A DNA stretch of 64,000 nucleotides from an uncultured virus (IMG/VR IMGVR_UViG_2791355422_000001) (Duplodnaviria; Heunggongvirae; Uroviricota; Caudoviricetes), in the IMG/VR virus record IMGVR_UViG_2791355422_000001. One strand, given 5' to 3'. A program made the position numbers and the translations under genes. Within the stretch, counting starts at the first letter, position 1; the number at the start of each line of letters is the position of its first letter. This document shows positions 9,819 through 19,068 of this stretch, in pieces. The notes beneath the pieces were generated by a model, which saw nothing but the letters and a program-made list of their open reading frames with translations, was not told the DNA's origin and did no database searches.

Positions 9819-10160
9819 GTGAGCACCGAAAGCACCACAACCCTCATAAATAGCCTTGACCTTCGACAGGGCGAGCAGCTCAAGAACGACGGCATGACCG
9901 ACACCGACAACACCGCCGACGACGACTGGAAAGACCGCTGCGACGACGCCATCGACGAGATGGCCCGCCGCGGCCAGCCCTTCCAAGCCTCCGACCTCGT
10001 GCGCGCCGGACTCGTCGACGAACCCGCCAACCACCACCAGTGGGGCCCCCGCTTCTCCCACGCCGCCCGCCGCGGCGTCATCCGCGAAGTCGCCGGCAGC
10101 AAATCCAAGCGCACCGCCTCCCACGCCTCCCGCCTCGTCACCTGGATCGGTGCCGCATGA
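9819..10160 (+). CDS. Phage hypothetical protein
   Basis: AAGGAG RBS + GTG. Confidence 0.7.
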   Translation: MSTESTTTLINSLDLRQGEQLKNDGMTDTDNTADDDWKDRCDDAIDEMARRGQPFQASDLVRAGLVDEPANHHQWGPRFSHAARRGVIREVAGSKSKRTASHASRLVTWIGAA

Positions 10161-10396
10161 CCCACAGCCCCGCCGACAAAGCCCTCGTCTTCCTCGCCTC
10201 CATCGGCGCACTCAGCCTCGCCGTCCTTCTCTTCGTGTTCTGCGCCGCAGCCGTCTACGTCGTCGGCGACACGGTTCGCCACCACCTCGGCCGCCTCACC
10301 CAAGGACTCCGGCACCGCCGCATCATCCGCCGCGAAGCCGAACACACCGACCTCGACGCGGCCCTGGCCCACCTCATGAAGGAGAACGGCCGATGA
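10157..10396 (+). CDS. Small membrane protein
   Basis: One long hydrophobic segment; ATGA coupling. Confidence 0.65.
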   Translation: MTHSPADKALVFLASIGALSLAVLLFVFCAAAVYVVGDTVRHHLGRLTQGLRHRRIIRREAEHTDLDAALAHLMKENGR

Positions 10397-10764
10397 GCGC
10401 CTCCAAGCGCAAGGGCACCAGTGCCGAAACCGCGATCGTCACCTACCTGCGCGCCATGGGCTTCACCCAGGCCGAACGCCGCGCCCTCGCTGGAACCCTC
10501 GACCGCGGCGACATCGCGGGCATCCCCGGCGTCGTCATCGAGGCCAAGAACTGTGCCCGCCAAGAACTCGCCGCCTGGGTCGCCGAAGCCGAACTCGAGC
10601 GAGACAACGACAAAGCGGACCTCGGCGTCGTCTGGCACAAGCGCCGCGGCAAGAGCCACCCCGCCCACTGGTTCGTCACCATGAGCGGCGAACAATTCGC
10701 CGCCGTCCTGCGTGAACTCCTCGAGCTCCCGCCCCTCCAGGCCGAGGGCGGTGAAGCAGCGTGA
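10393..10764 (+). CDS. Holliday junction resolvase-like PD-(D/E)XK nuclease
   Basis: KRKGTSAE..DRGDI..VIEAKN. Confidence 0.8.
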   Translation: MSASKRKGTSAETAIVTYLRAMGFTQAERRALAGTLDRGDIAGIPGVVIEAKNCARQELAAWVAEAELERDNDKADLGVVWHKRRGKSHPAHWFVTMSGEQFAAVLRELLELPPLQAEGGEAA

Positions 10765-11564
10765 GTGAGCGACCGCACGGCTACGCCCGCTACCGCCTCG
10801 ACGGCTGCCGCTGCTACACCTGCGGCTGGGCCCGCAGCCGCTACGACGAGAACCGCACCAAGGCCCTCACCGCCGGAACCTGGCAGCCCTACGTCGACGC
10901 CGAACCCGTCCGATCCCACGTGCGCACCCTGCAGTCCTGCCACATGGGCCTGCGCACCATTGCCGCTTGCGCCGACATCGACCGCAAGCGCCTCCAGGCG
11001 GTGCTCGTCGGCCGGCCCGAGCGCGGTACCGGGCCGCAGGAGCGCGTGCGTCCCGCGTTCGCGGCCGCCGTGCTCGCCGTCGAGCCCACGCTGGAGAACC
11101 TCGCCCCCTCCACGCTCATCAGCCCGCTCGGCACGCGCCGTCGCGCACACGCCCTGGTCGCCGCCGGCTGGCCCCAGCAGCACCTCGCCGACGCGTTCGA
11201 CATGCGGCTCGACAACTTCGGGTGCATGCTCAACCGCCCCACCGTGCAGGTACGCAGGGCCCTGCGGATGCGCGAGGTCTACACCGAGCTGTGGCTGGCC
11301 GACCCGGCACAGCACGGTGTCCTGCCCGCCAGCATCACCCGCTCGCGCCGACATGCCGCGGCCAACCAGTGGGCGCCGACCGGGGCGTGGGACACCGACA
11401 CGATCGACGACCCCGACGCCTTCCCCGAGTGGACCGGCCGCTGCGGCACCTGGGAGGGCTACGGCCTGCACAAGCGCAACCGGATCCCCACCTGCGCCCC
11501 CTGCCGTGCCGCGTACACCGCGCACCGCCACGAACTGCTCGCGGCTTCGGCGGTGGCGGCATGA
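10761..11564 (+). CDS. Cys-rich HTH-type phage protein
   Basis: CRCYTC, central HTH-like segments, C-terminal CGT..H..CAPC. Confidence 0.7.
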   Translation: MSERPHGYARYRLDGCRCYTCGWARSRYDENRTKALTAGTWQPYVDAEPVRSHVRTLQSCHMGLRTIAACADIDRKRLQAVLVGRPERGTGPQERVRPAFAAAVLAVEPTLENLAPSTLISPLGTRRRAHALVAAGWPQQHLADAFDMRLDNFGCMLNRPTVQVRRALRMREVYTELWLADPAQHGVLPASITRSRRHAAANQWAPTGAWDTDTIDDPDAFPEWTGRCGTWEGYGLHKRNRIPTCAPCRAAYTAHRHELLAASAVAA

Positions 11565-11767
11565 GCGAACAGCCCGCCGTCATCACCGGCATCCGCCCCG
11601 GACTCGACCTGCGCGGCCTCGACCGCGACGAGACCCCCGAAGCCGACTGGCTGTGCTCGTGCGGCCGCCACGAACGCGCCCGCGGACGCGACGCCGTCCA
11701 AGCCCTCTGCGCCCGCGCAACCGTCGGCCACTGCCCCCACCAGCCCGCCACAAAGGAGGCGGCGTGA
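11561..11767 (+). CDS. Small Cys/His protein
   Basis: WLCSCGRH..HCPH; ATGA coupling. Confidence 0.6.
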   Translation: MSEQPAVITGIRPGLDLRGLDRDETPEADWLCSCGRHERARGRDAVQALCARATVGHCPHQPATKEAA

Positions 11768-12555
11768 CCTTCACCCAGCCCGCTGGCACCACCACCGCAC
11801 ACGAGACCGGCGCCGGCGCCGCCATCGCAGCGATGATCCGCACCCTCGTCATCGACACCGCCAACAACGCACCCCGCTCCCGCCAGCGCCGCATCGGCCC
11901 CTCCGAAGTCGGCAACCCCTGCACGCGGGCCCTCGCCTACAAGACCCTCGACTGGCCCGAAGTACCCGTCGCCGACCGCGACCCGTGGGCCAGCATCCAG
12001 GGCACCGCCGTCCACGCCTGGATGGCCGAACTCTTCGAGAAGCGCGACCCGAAGGGAGAGCGGTACCTCGTCGAGAAGCGGGTCACCGTCCGTCAGGGCT
12101 ACACCTACGACTCCACCATCGCCGGATCCGCCGACCTGTACGACCGCGCCAGCGGCATGGTCATCGACTGGAAGATCACCGGGATTACGTCGCTGCAGAA
12201 ATACCGGCGCCACGGCCCCGGCGACCAGTACCGCATCCAGGCCAACCTCTACGGACTCGGCATGGAGAACGCCGGCGAGAAGCCGAAGCGCGTCGCCATC
12301 GTCTTCCTCCCGCGCCATCACGTCCTCGAGCCCTACGTGTGGGTCGACGACTACCGGCGCGACGTCGCCGAACAGGCCCTCGCCCGCCTGGATGCTATCC
12401 GCGAACTCATCTACAAGGTCGACCCCGAGAAGAACCCGCACCTGTGGCAGCTGTTCCCCACATCACCGCAGGCCAAGTGCTTCTTCTGTCCCTGGCACAA
12501 GCCGCACTCCACCGACCTCGGCGAGGGCTGCCCCGGCGCCACCCAATCCTCCTGA
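11764..12555 (+). CDS. Cas4/RecB-like PD-(D/E)XK exonuclease
   Basis: GPSEVGNPC, GTAVH, GSADLYD..VIDWK, QANLYG, CFFCPW. Confidence 0.85.
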   Translation: MTFTQPAGTTTAHETGAGAAIAAMIRTLVIDTANNAPRSRQRRIGPSEVGNPCTRALAYKTLDWPEVPVADRDPWASIQGTAVHAWMAELFEKRDPKGERYLVEKRVTVRQGYTYDSTIAGSADLYDRASGMVIDWKITGITSLQKYRRHGPGDQYRIQANLYGLGMENAGEKPKRVAIVFLPRHHVLEPYVWVDDYRRDVAEQALARLDAIRELIYKVDPEKNPHLWQLFPTSPQAKCFFCPWHKPHSTDLGEGCPGATQSS

Positions 12556-12634
12556 CCGCGCCGCGGTTCAGGCAGCACACCCCGCACGGCAACACCGCCG
12601 ACGGGACCACGCACACCCCACCAAGGAGAACCTC

Positions 12635-13216
12635 ATGTTCAACCAGCCCTCCGAGTCCGCGTTCGGCGGCTTCTTCAAGCCCGCTGAGTGCAACGGCCAC
12701 CTCATCCTCGTGACCGCCGTGCACGGCATCAGCAAGAAGTTCGACACCCTCCGCAACGAGGAGATCGACCAGGCCGACGTCGACGTCGTCGACCTCGACG
12801 GCGACCAGCAGATCCGCGAGCACGTCAACGTCACTCACAAGGCGATCGTCTCCCGCCTCACCCCTGGCGCCACGATGATCCTCGGCCGCATCGGTCAGGT
12901 CGCCACCAAGTCCGGCTTCCAGGCCTGGGCCCTCAACCCGTTCAACGAGGGCGTCGACGACCAGAAGGCCGAAGCGTGGGTCAACGCCCACAAGCCGACC
13001 TTCAACCAGGCCGCCGCCCCCGCGCCGCAGAGCGCCCCGGCCCCGGCCACGCCCGCCCCGGCGGCGGCGCAGCCGCCGGTCAACACCACCACCGGCGAAG
13101 TGCCCGCCGGCGTCGACCTCAACGACCCCACCGTGCAGGCCCTGCTGTCCCAGCTCAACAACAGCCAGACGCCCGCCGCCGCCCCGCAGACCGTCGGGGA
13201 GAACCCGCCGTTCTGA
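12635..13216 (+). CDS. Putative ssDNA-binding/recombination protein
   Basis: Ala/Pro linker and C-terminal PPF tail; between exonuclease and primase. Confidence 0.55.
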   Translation: MFNQPSESAFGGFFKPAECNGHLILVTAVHGISKKFDTLRNEEIDQADVDVVDLDGDQQIREHVNVTHKAIVSRLTPGATMILGRIGQVATKSGFQAWALNPFNEGVDDQKAEAWVNAHKPTFNQAAAPAPQSAPAPATPAPAAAQPPVNTTTGEVPAGVDLNDPTVQALLSQLNNSQTPAAAPQTVGENPPF

Positions 13217-13314
13217 TCCCGCACCAGGCCCGAAACCGGTCAGGCCGGTCACCCCTGGATCCGAGCCAGGGCGGGCACGAAGCCCAGCTTCCGCACCTCG
13301 CGCAAGGAGAACCC

Positions 13315-15885
13315 GTGAGCCCCGACACCAGAGTCCTCGAGGCAGCCCTCGCCTGGCACCAAGCCGGTGCCAGCGTCGTCCGGGCTGCCATCGACGGCAC
13401 CAAAAGGCCAGACGGGGCATGGAAGCAGCACCAGAAGAAGCGGCCCGCCGAAGACGCCGTAACAGCGATGTTCACCGGCAGCCACCCCGGCCTCGGCATC
13501 ATCCTCGGCGCCGTCTCCGGCGGCCTGGAAATGCTCGAGTTCGAAGGGCGTGCCGTCACCGAGAAGCTGCACGAAGAGTTCGACGAGATCGCCGCCGCGT
13601 CCGGGCTCGCCGAGGTGTGGCAGCGCATCAAAGACGGCTACTGCGAACAGACACCGTCCGGCGGCTACCACCTCATCTACCGCGTCACCGGCGGCCCTGT
13701 CCTGTCCAACACCAAGCTCGCCCGCCGACCCGCCACAACGGCGGAACTCGACACCAGACCCGCCGAGAAGATCAAGGTGCTCGTCGAGACCCGCGGCGAA
13801 GGCGGCTTCGTCGTCACCGCCCCCTCGCACGGGCCCGTCCACCCCAGCGGACAGCCGTGGCAACTGCTCGCCGGCGGCCCGAAGTCGGTCGCCAAGATCA
13901 CTGCCGCCGAGCGCGACGCCCTCTTCCAGATCGCCCGCATGCTCGACCAGATGCCCGACACGACCCTTGATTCCGGCCGCGAAAATTCCACGCCCGAAAT
14001 CAAGGCCGCGCAGCAGCAAGGCAGTTCAGACGGCATCAAGCCCGGCGACGACTACGAACAGCACACCGACTGGGCCGACATCCTCACCCCGCACGGCTGG
14101 AAACTGCTGGGCCAGCACGGGACCACCCGCTACTGGCAGCGCCCAGGCAAGACCGGCCCCGGCCCGTCCGCCACCACCGGCCACAGCACCGACCGCGACC
14201 GCCTGTTCGTCTTCACCACCAGCACCGAATTCGAAGCCGAGAAGCCGTACACCAAGTTCGGCGCCTACACGCTCCTCGAGCACGCAGGCGACCACTCCGC
14301 CGCCGCTAAAGACCTCGCCCGGCAGGGGTACGGGCACCGCCCCGCCACACCCACCGGACGGCCCCAGCTGCGCGTCGTCAACGGCTTCACCCAGCCGCTG
14401 GCCGGCCCGCCGCCGGTCGACGGCGCCAACGCCCTCCAGGCCGACACCCAGCCCAGGCCCGCCGCCTCCAGCGACACCTGGCCCGAATCCTTCACCGACG
14501 ACGGCAACGCCCTCCTTTTCGTCGACACCTACGGCGACCAGCTCCGCTACGTGCCCCAGCGCGCCATGTGGCTGCGCTGGGACACGCACCGCTGGGCCTG
14601 GGACGAAGGCGGCGAAGTCGTCGAGCTCGCCCGGGAAATGATCCGCGGCCTCAACCCCAGCGTCTTCGGCCACGACGAATCCCTCGAAAAGAAGGCCCAC
14701 AAGCACAAGGCGTCCAGCCTGTCCCGCGACAAGGTCAACGCCGCCATCCACCTCGCCCGCACCGACCGCCGCGTCGTCGCACCAGCCCGCGACCTCGACG
14801 CAGCCCCCCGGCACCTCAACACCCCCGGCGGCATCGTCGACCTCGAGAACGGCGACATCACCCCCTGCGACCCCGCCGCGCTGCACACCCGCTCGGCGAC
14901 NNNNNNNNNNNNNNNNNNNNNNNNNCTGCACACCCGCTCGGCGACCGTCGCCCCCGACCCCGCCATGCCCACCCCCCGCTGGAAGCAGTTCCTCGCCGAC
15001 ACCTTCGGCGGCGACACCGACATGACCGCCTTCGTGCAGCGCCTCGCCGGCTACTCCGCCTCCGCCGACACCGGCATCCACGTCCTGCCGTTCCTCCACG
15101 GCGCCGGCCAGAACGGCAAATCCGTGCTCATGGACGTGCTGCGGCAAGTCCTCGGCGACTACGCCGACACCGCTCCCGCCGGATTCCTGATGGCGGGAAA
15201 GCAGGAGCACTCCGAAGAGATGGCCCGCCTGCAGGGCCTGCGCCTGGTCGTGGCCTCCGAGGTCAACCAGGACGCCAAGTTCGACGAAGCGAAGATGAAG
15301 GAACTCACCGGCGGCGACACGATCACCGCCCGCTACATGCGCCAGTCGTTCTTCTCCTTCGAACCGACCCACCACCTGTGGCTGATGGGCAACCACCAGC
15401 CTCAGGTCAAGGCGGGCGGCGACTCGTTCTGGCGGCGCCTGCGCCTGGTGCCGTTCCTCCACAAGGTCGCCGAGGACAAGAAGATCGAGAACCTGGCCGA
15501 CATCCTCGTCGCAGAAGAGGGCCCCGGCATTCTCGCCTGGATCATCCGCGGCGCCATCGACTGCTTCGACGGCGGCCTGCGCGCCCCCGACGCCGTCATG
15601 GACGCCACCAAGGTCTACGCCGAAGAAGAGGACCAGCTCGGCCGGTTCCTCGACGAGTGCTGCCTCATCGGTGGCGGCGAGCACGTGAAGCTCGAGACGA
15701 AGAAGCTGCGCGCCGCCTACGAGGCGTGGTGCCACGCCGAGGGCGAGAAGCCGCTGTCGTCGTCGCCGTTCGGCCGGGAAATGAAGCAGCGCGGCATCGT
15801 CAAGAAGCCGTCGAACGGCAAGCACTTCTACCCGAATCTCGCGCTCATCGCCCTCGAGTCCGACGACGACCGGTGGGGTGAGTGA
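13315..15885 (+). CDS. Primase-polymerase fused to P4/D5-family SF3 helicase
   Basis: TPSGGYHLIY, ETRGEGGFVV, Walker A GAGQNGKS, KELTGGD; 25-N gap at 14901-14925. Confidence 0.9.
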   Translation: MSPDTRVLEAALAWHQAGASVVRAAIDGTKRPDGAWKQHQKKRPAEDAVTAMFTGSHPGLGIILGAVSGGLEMLEFEGRAVTEKLHEEFDEIAAASGLAEVWQRIKDGYCEQTPSGGYHLIYRVTGGPVLSNTKLARRPATTAELDTRPAEKIKVLVETRGEGGFVVTAPSHGPVHPSGQPWQLLAGGPKSVAKITAAERDALFQIARMLDQMPDTTLDSGRENSTPEIKAAQQQGSSDGIKPGDDYEQHTDWADILTPHGWKLLGQHGTTRYWQRPGKTGPGPSATTGHSTDRDRLFVFTTSTEFEAEKPYTKFGAYTLLEHAGDHSAAAKDLARQGYGHRPATPTGRPQLRVVNGFTQPLAGPPPVDGANALQADTQPRPAASSDTWPESFTDDGNALLFVDTYGDQLRYVPQRAMWLRWDTHRWAWDEGGEVVELAREMIRGLNPSVFGHDESLEKKAHKHKASSLSRDKVNAAIHLARTDRRVVAPARDLDAAPRHLNTPGGIVDLENGDITPCDPAALHTRSAXXXXXXXXXLHTRSATVAPDPAMPTPRWKQFLADTFGGDTDMTAFVQRLAGYSASADTGIHVLPFLHGAGQNGKSVLMDVLRQVLGDYADTAPAGFLMAGKQEHSEEMARLQGLRLVVASEVNQDAKFDEAKMKELTGGDTITARYMRQSFFSFEPTHHLWLMGNHQPQVKAGGDSFWRRLRLVPFLHKVAEDKKIENLADILVAEEGPGILAWIIRGAIDCFDGGLRAPDAVMDATKVYAEEEDQLGRFLDECCLIGGGEHVKLETKKLRAAYEAWCHAEGEKPLSSSPFGREMKQRGIVKKPSNGKHFYPNLALIALESDDDRWGE

Positions 15886-15893
15886 TGGACAGC

Positions 15894-16163
15894 CAGTGCC
15901 AGCAGCAGTGCCTACAGTGCCTACACAGTGCCTACAGCAGTGCCATCAAAAACCAGGCATTTTTGCAGGTCAGCGGCTTGCAGTGCCTACAGTGCCTACA
16001 ACTTCCCACAACACAGATACACATGCGCGTGCGCGCGCACATGGGGCGTCTCCTATGTCGTGAAGTGATGGCACTGATGGCACTGCCTGCCTCTGAGCTG
16101 CGGGAACGCCCGATTCTGATGGCACTGCCTGTAGGCACTGTGCTGGCACTGCTGATGGCACTG
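15894..16163. repeat. Inverted iteron array, putative replication origin
   Basis: 7 x CAGTGCC then 6 x GGCACTG directly after primase-helicase. Confidence 0.75.
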
Positions 16164-16198
16164 CCCTCGACGTACCGGTGCATATCGGACGGTGTGCC

Positions 16199-16567
16199 GT
16201 GATCGGGCCCAAGCGCAAGCCGCCGCCGTGGCTGGACACATCCCAGCCGCAGAACGACCGCGCCCGCACCCAGCTGTGCCCGCGCTGCCGCCAGCCGATC
16301 CTGCGGGCCCTCGTCGGCCACGTCGCCGCCCTCGACGTCCGCGCCGACCCCACACCCCTCGACCTCGCCCAGGAAGTCGCCGCCCGCCTCCAGGGCCGCA
16401 CCACCTACTGCCTGCGCGTCCACCCCCACCTGCCGGCCCGGCTCATCCACCGCGGCCCCGAACACATCCGGGCCGGCCGCTGCACCCACCTCGTCGTCGC
16501 TGACCACCACTGCCCACGGACACCGGCACCCGCCGAACCCCACACCACAGCCGACCGGCTTTTCTGA
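16199..16567 (+). CDS. Zn-ribbon hypothetical protein
   Basis: CPRC..ADHHC. Confidence 0.65.
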   Translation: MIGPKRKPPPWLDTSQPQNDRARTQLCPRCRQPILRALVGHVAALDVRADPTPLDLAQEVAARLQGRTTYCLRVHPHLPARLIHRGPEHIRAGRCTHLVVADHHCPRTPAPAEPHTTADRLF

Positions 16568-16581
16568 AAGGACCCTCCGCC

Positions 16582-17232
16582 ATGGCCGTCGCACCTCAAG
16601 CCCCGGCGTTCATCGCCACCGCAGCCCGGCCTCTGCCCTGCACGAAACAGCCCGGCCTCTTTCACGCGCCGGAAGGAGGCGCCGGCGCGGACGGGCGTTT
16701 CCGGGCCGCCGTAGACCTGTGCCTCGACTGCCCACTGATGATCGCCTGCCGTGACTGGGCCCGCGAGCACCGCCAGCCGGGCGTCTGGGGCGGCGAGACC
16801 GACGAGGAACGGACCGCTGCCGGATACGCCAGCACGTTGCTTGCCCCCACCACCCAGCGGCCGAGGCCCCCGTGCGGCACGCAAGCGGGAGCCATGTGGC
16901 ACCGCCGCTACGACACCACGGGCGTCTGCATCCGCTGCAGGCAGGCCGCCAGCGATGCCGAGCGGCGCCGGAAGGAAGTACGCAGGCGGGAGATTGCGGC
17001 CGAGTGGCCGCCCCGGCTCACGGACCGCGAGAAGGAGCTGCTGAGCCTTCTGGCTATCAGTCTGTCCCGCAAGGAGATCGCCCAGCGCATGGGCATCAGC
17101 CGCAAGTCCGTGGACGTCAACGTCACCCGGATCCGCGCCAAACTCCGCGTTTTCGAGATCGACGACCTGGTTCGCGTCGGCCGCGAACACGGCGGCGCCG
17201 ACCAGCCTTCACGCGAACTGGCTGCCGCCTGA
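16582..17232 (+). CDS. WhiB-family protein fused to LuxR-type HTH
   Basis: C..CLDC..C + GVWGGE; LTDREKELL..SRKEIAQRMGISRKSV..KL. Confidence 0.85.
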   Translation: MAVAPQAPAFIATAARPLPCTKQPGLFHAPEGGAGADGRFRAAVDLCLDCPLMIACRDWAREHRQPGVWGGETDEERTAAGYASTLLAPTTQRPRPPCGTQAGAMWHRRYDTTGVCIRCRQAASDAERRRKEVRRREIAAEWPPRLTDREKELLSLLAISLSRKEIAQRMGISRKSVDVNVTRIRAKLRVFEIDDLVRVGREHGGADQPSRELAAA

Positions 17233-17400
17233 CCGCCCGGGGGACCGGGCCGCACCCCCGCCGCGCCCCTGGAGCGCCCCCAGACGCCCGTAACGCCGCC
17301 GAGGGCCCCCGAGTTCGCCCGCGCCTCCCCGAGGCCGTCACGGGCCCACACAGCCATTCCGGATCTTGACCTGACCGACACGACCCGAAGGAGCAGCACG

Positions 17401-17997
17401 ATGACCACCCGAACGTTCACCCGTGATCAGCTCGCCGCCATGGGTGTCCCGGACGACTGGGATGCCGAGGACGGCCAGCAGGCGGACCACCTGCACGAGC
17501 GGCAGGTCGGCAGCCGCCGCTGGGTATCCGTCCATGAACTCGTCTTCCGTGCCCCTGATGACGGGCTGGCGTACAGCGTCCACTACGAGCGGGGCCTCAC
17601 CGAGCACCAGGACGGCCTCGACGCCTGGGGCTACGCGGATGAGATCCAGGCCACCGTCGTGGAGCAGCGGCCCGTCGTCATCGAGAAGTGGCTGCCGGTC
17701 GACGCTCCAGCGGACCGCAGCCTCGACGCCGTGCTGCCTGCCTGGGAGGCGATGTATGAGCCGGGCAACGTCTCCGACTACCTGATCGGCTACGCGAACA
17801 GCGAGGCCGGGGCGAAGGGCGCCGCGGAGGCGTGGCTGCGGTCCGAGTCCGAGGTGATCGGCCGTCTGGAGTGGCTGCCGCAGAACCCGTCGGACGGCTA
17901 CGACACCGAGTTCGAGCTGATCGAACGCCATGACGACGGTGTCGACACCGGACCTGGCGTCACCGTCCGCCGCCGCACGCAAGCGGTGCAGCAGTGA
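17401..17997 (+). CDS. Phage hypothetical protein
   Basis: AAGGAG RBS. Confidence 0.7.
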   Translation: MTTRTFTRDQLAAMGVPDDWDAEDGQQADHLHERQVGSRRWVSVHELVFRAPDDGLAYSVHYERGLTEHQDGLDAWGYADEIQATVVEQRPVVIEKWLPVDAPADRSLDAVLPAWEAMYEPGNVSDYLIGYANSEAGAKGAAEAWLRSESEVIGRLEWLPQNPSDGYDTEFELIERHDDGVDTGPGVTVRRRTQAVQQ

Positions 17998-18200
17998 CCG
18001 CCCGATCCCTCGGCACCGAGGTCTCCTGCGACGGCCCCGACAGCGCCCGCGCCTGCCCGGAGTCCGCTGCCGTCCGCGCCCGTTTCACGTCGATGACGGC
18101 CGCCGCCGTTCGGAGGGACGGCCGCCGCGACGGCTGGGTGTGCCGCCGACGGGACGGACGGCTCGTCGACCTGTGCCCCGCCTGCAAGACCACCCCGTGA
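17994..18200 (+). CDS. Small Cys-rich protein
   Basis: SCDG..C..GW..DLCPAC. Confidence 0.65.
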   Translation: MTARSLGTEVSCDGPDSARACPESAAVRARFTSMTAAAVRRDGRRDGWVCRRRDGRLVDLCPACKTTP

Positions 18201-18235
18201 CCGCACGCCCGTCCCGATACCACCAGGAGACCCAC

Positions 18236-18553
18236 ATGCCCACCGTCACCGTCACCGCCTCCGACGGCCCCGTCACCGTCGAGGCCACCGAACCCGTCCC
18301 CGGGCTGCGCCTCTACGAGCTGCCCGCCGAGCCGTCGCTCGAATACCGGTGGGTCCTCGCCCACCACGAAGGCCGCACCCTCGGCCTGTTCACGTCCGCC
18401 GACGACGCGAGCGGTGCCGCTGCTGCGGTCGCGGCGATGGCGGACTGGACGCGGGGCGCGATGACCGTCGCCAACGAGATCTCGCTCGGCGGGAACGCCG
18501 AACGGCTCGGCTTCACCCTGATCGCGCACGGCTGCGCGCCCACCTCCAAGTGA
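18236..18553 (+). CDS. Phage hypothetical protein
   Basis: AGGAG RBS. Confidence 0.65.
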   Translation: MPTVTVTASDGPVTVEATEPVPGLRLYELPAEPSLEYRWVLAHHEGRTLGLFTSADDASGAAAAVAAMADWTRGAMTVANEISLGGNAERLGFTLIAHGCAPTSK

Positions 18554-18570
18554 ACGAAGGGATCTTCGAC

Positions 18571-18987
18571 ATGACCGACCGCCCGTACACCGACGCCGAC
18601 CTCCGCCACGAAGCCGCGATCTGCCTCCTCGCCCTCAGCACCACACCAGGGGCCGCCGATATCCGCCGCTGGCTGACCGGCGCCTACGTCGAGTCGCGCC
18701 GCAACGACGATCGCAGCGGCCCGACGTGGGACGACCTGCTGACCGAGGACGAATTGGATGAGGTATCGAGCAAGGTCCACGCGTTGGTCGAGAACGCCGC
18801 CCGCCTCGCGGAGTGGGCCGTCCACCTCGGCGCCGACGGCCTGGAGCCCCTGCCCGAACAGCTCAGCGCGCAGACCGACAACGGCCCGTGGTTCCGGCTG
18901 CACTTCGCCGTCCGTCCCGACATGAGCGACGACATGCGGCGCGCCCTCGTCGAAGGCGTCGGCCGTGAGATCGCCAAGTTCTTCTGA
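18571..18987 (+). CDS. Phage hypothetical protein
   Basis: ORF with RBS, high GC3. Confidence 0.7.
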   Translation: MTDRPYTDADLRHEAAICLLALSTTPGAADIRRWLTGAYVESRRNDDRSGPTWDDLLTEDELDEVSSKVHALVENAARLAEWAVHLGADGLEPLPEQLSAQTDNGPWFRLHFAVRPDMSDDMRRALVEGVGREIAKFF

Positions 18988-19068
18988 CCGCCACGCAGGA
19001 CGGTCCGCCCCGTGGCTACCGGGGCGGACCGCACCACCGATCACACCACGACCACACCGGAGTTGACC

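Noticed and set aside
11764..12555. Cas4 as evidence of CRISPR-Cas
   Set aside because: Solo phage exonuclease; no cas1/cas2 or array
14881..14945. 20-bp direct repeat in primase-helicase
   Set aside because: Identical copies flank a 25-N gap; most likely an unmerged contig overlap
14026..15825. Long antisense ORFs (also 18313-20205, 39394-40944, 48882-50027)
   Set aside because: Shadow ORFs of high-GC genes, with no motifs
15894..16163. CRISPR array, or ORF 15882-16202
   Set aside because: 7-bp repeats with irregular spacing and no spacers; the ORF is translated repeat sequence
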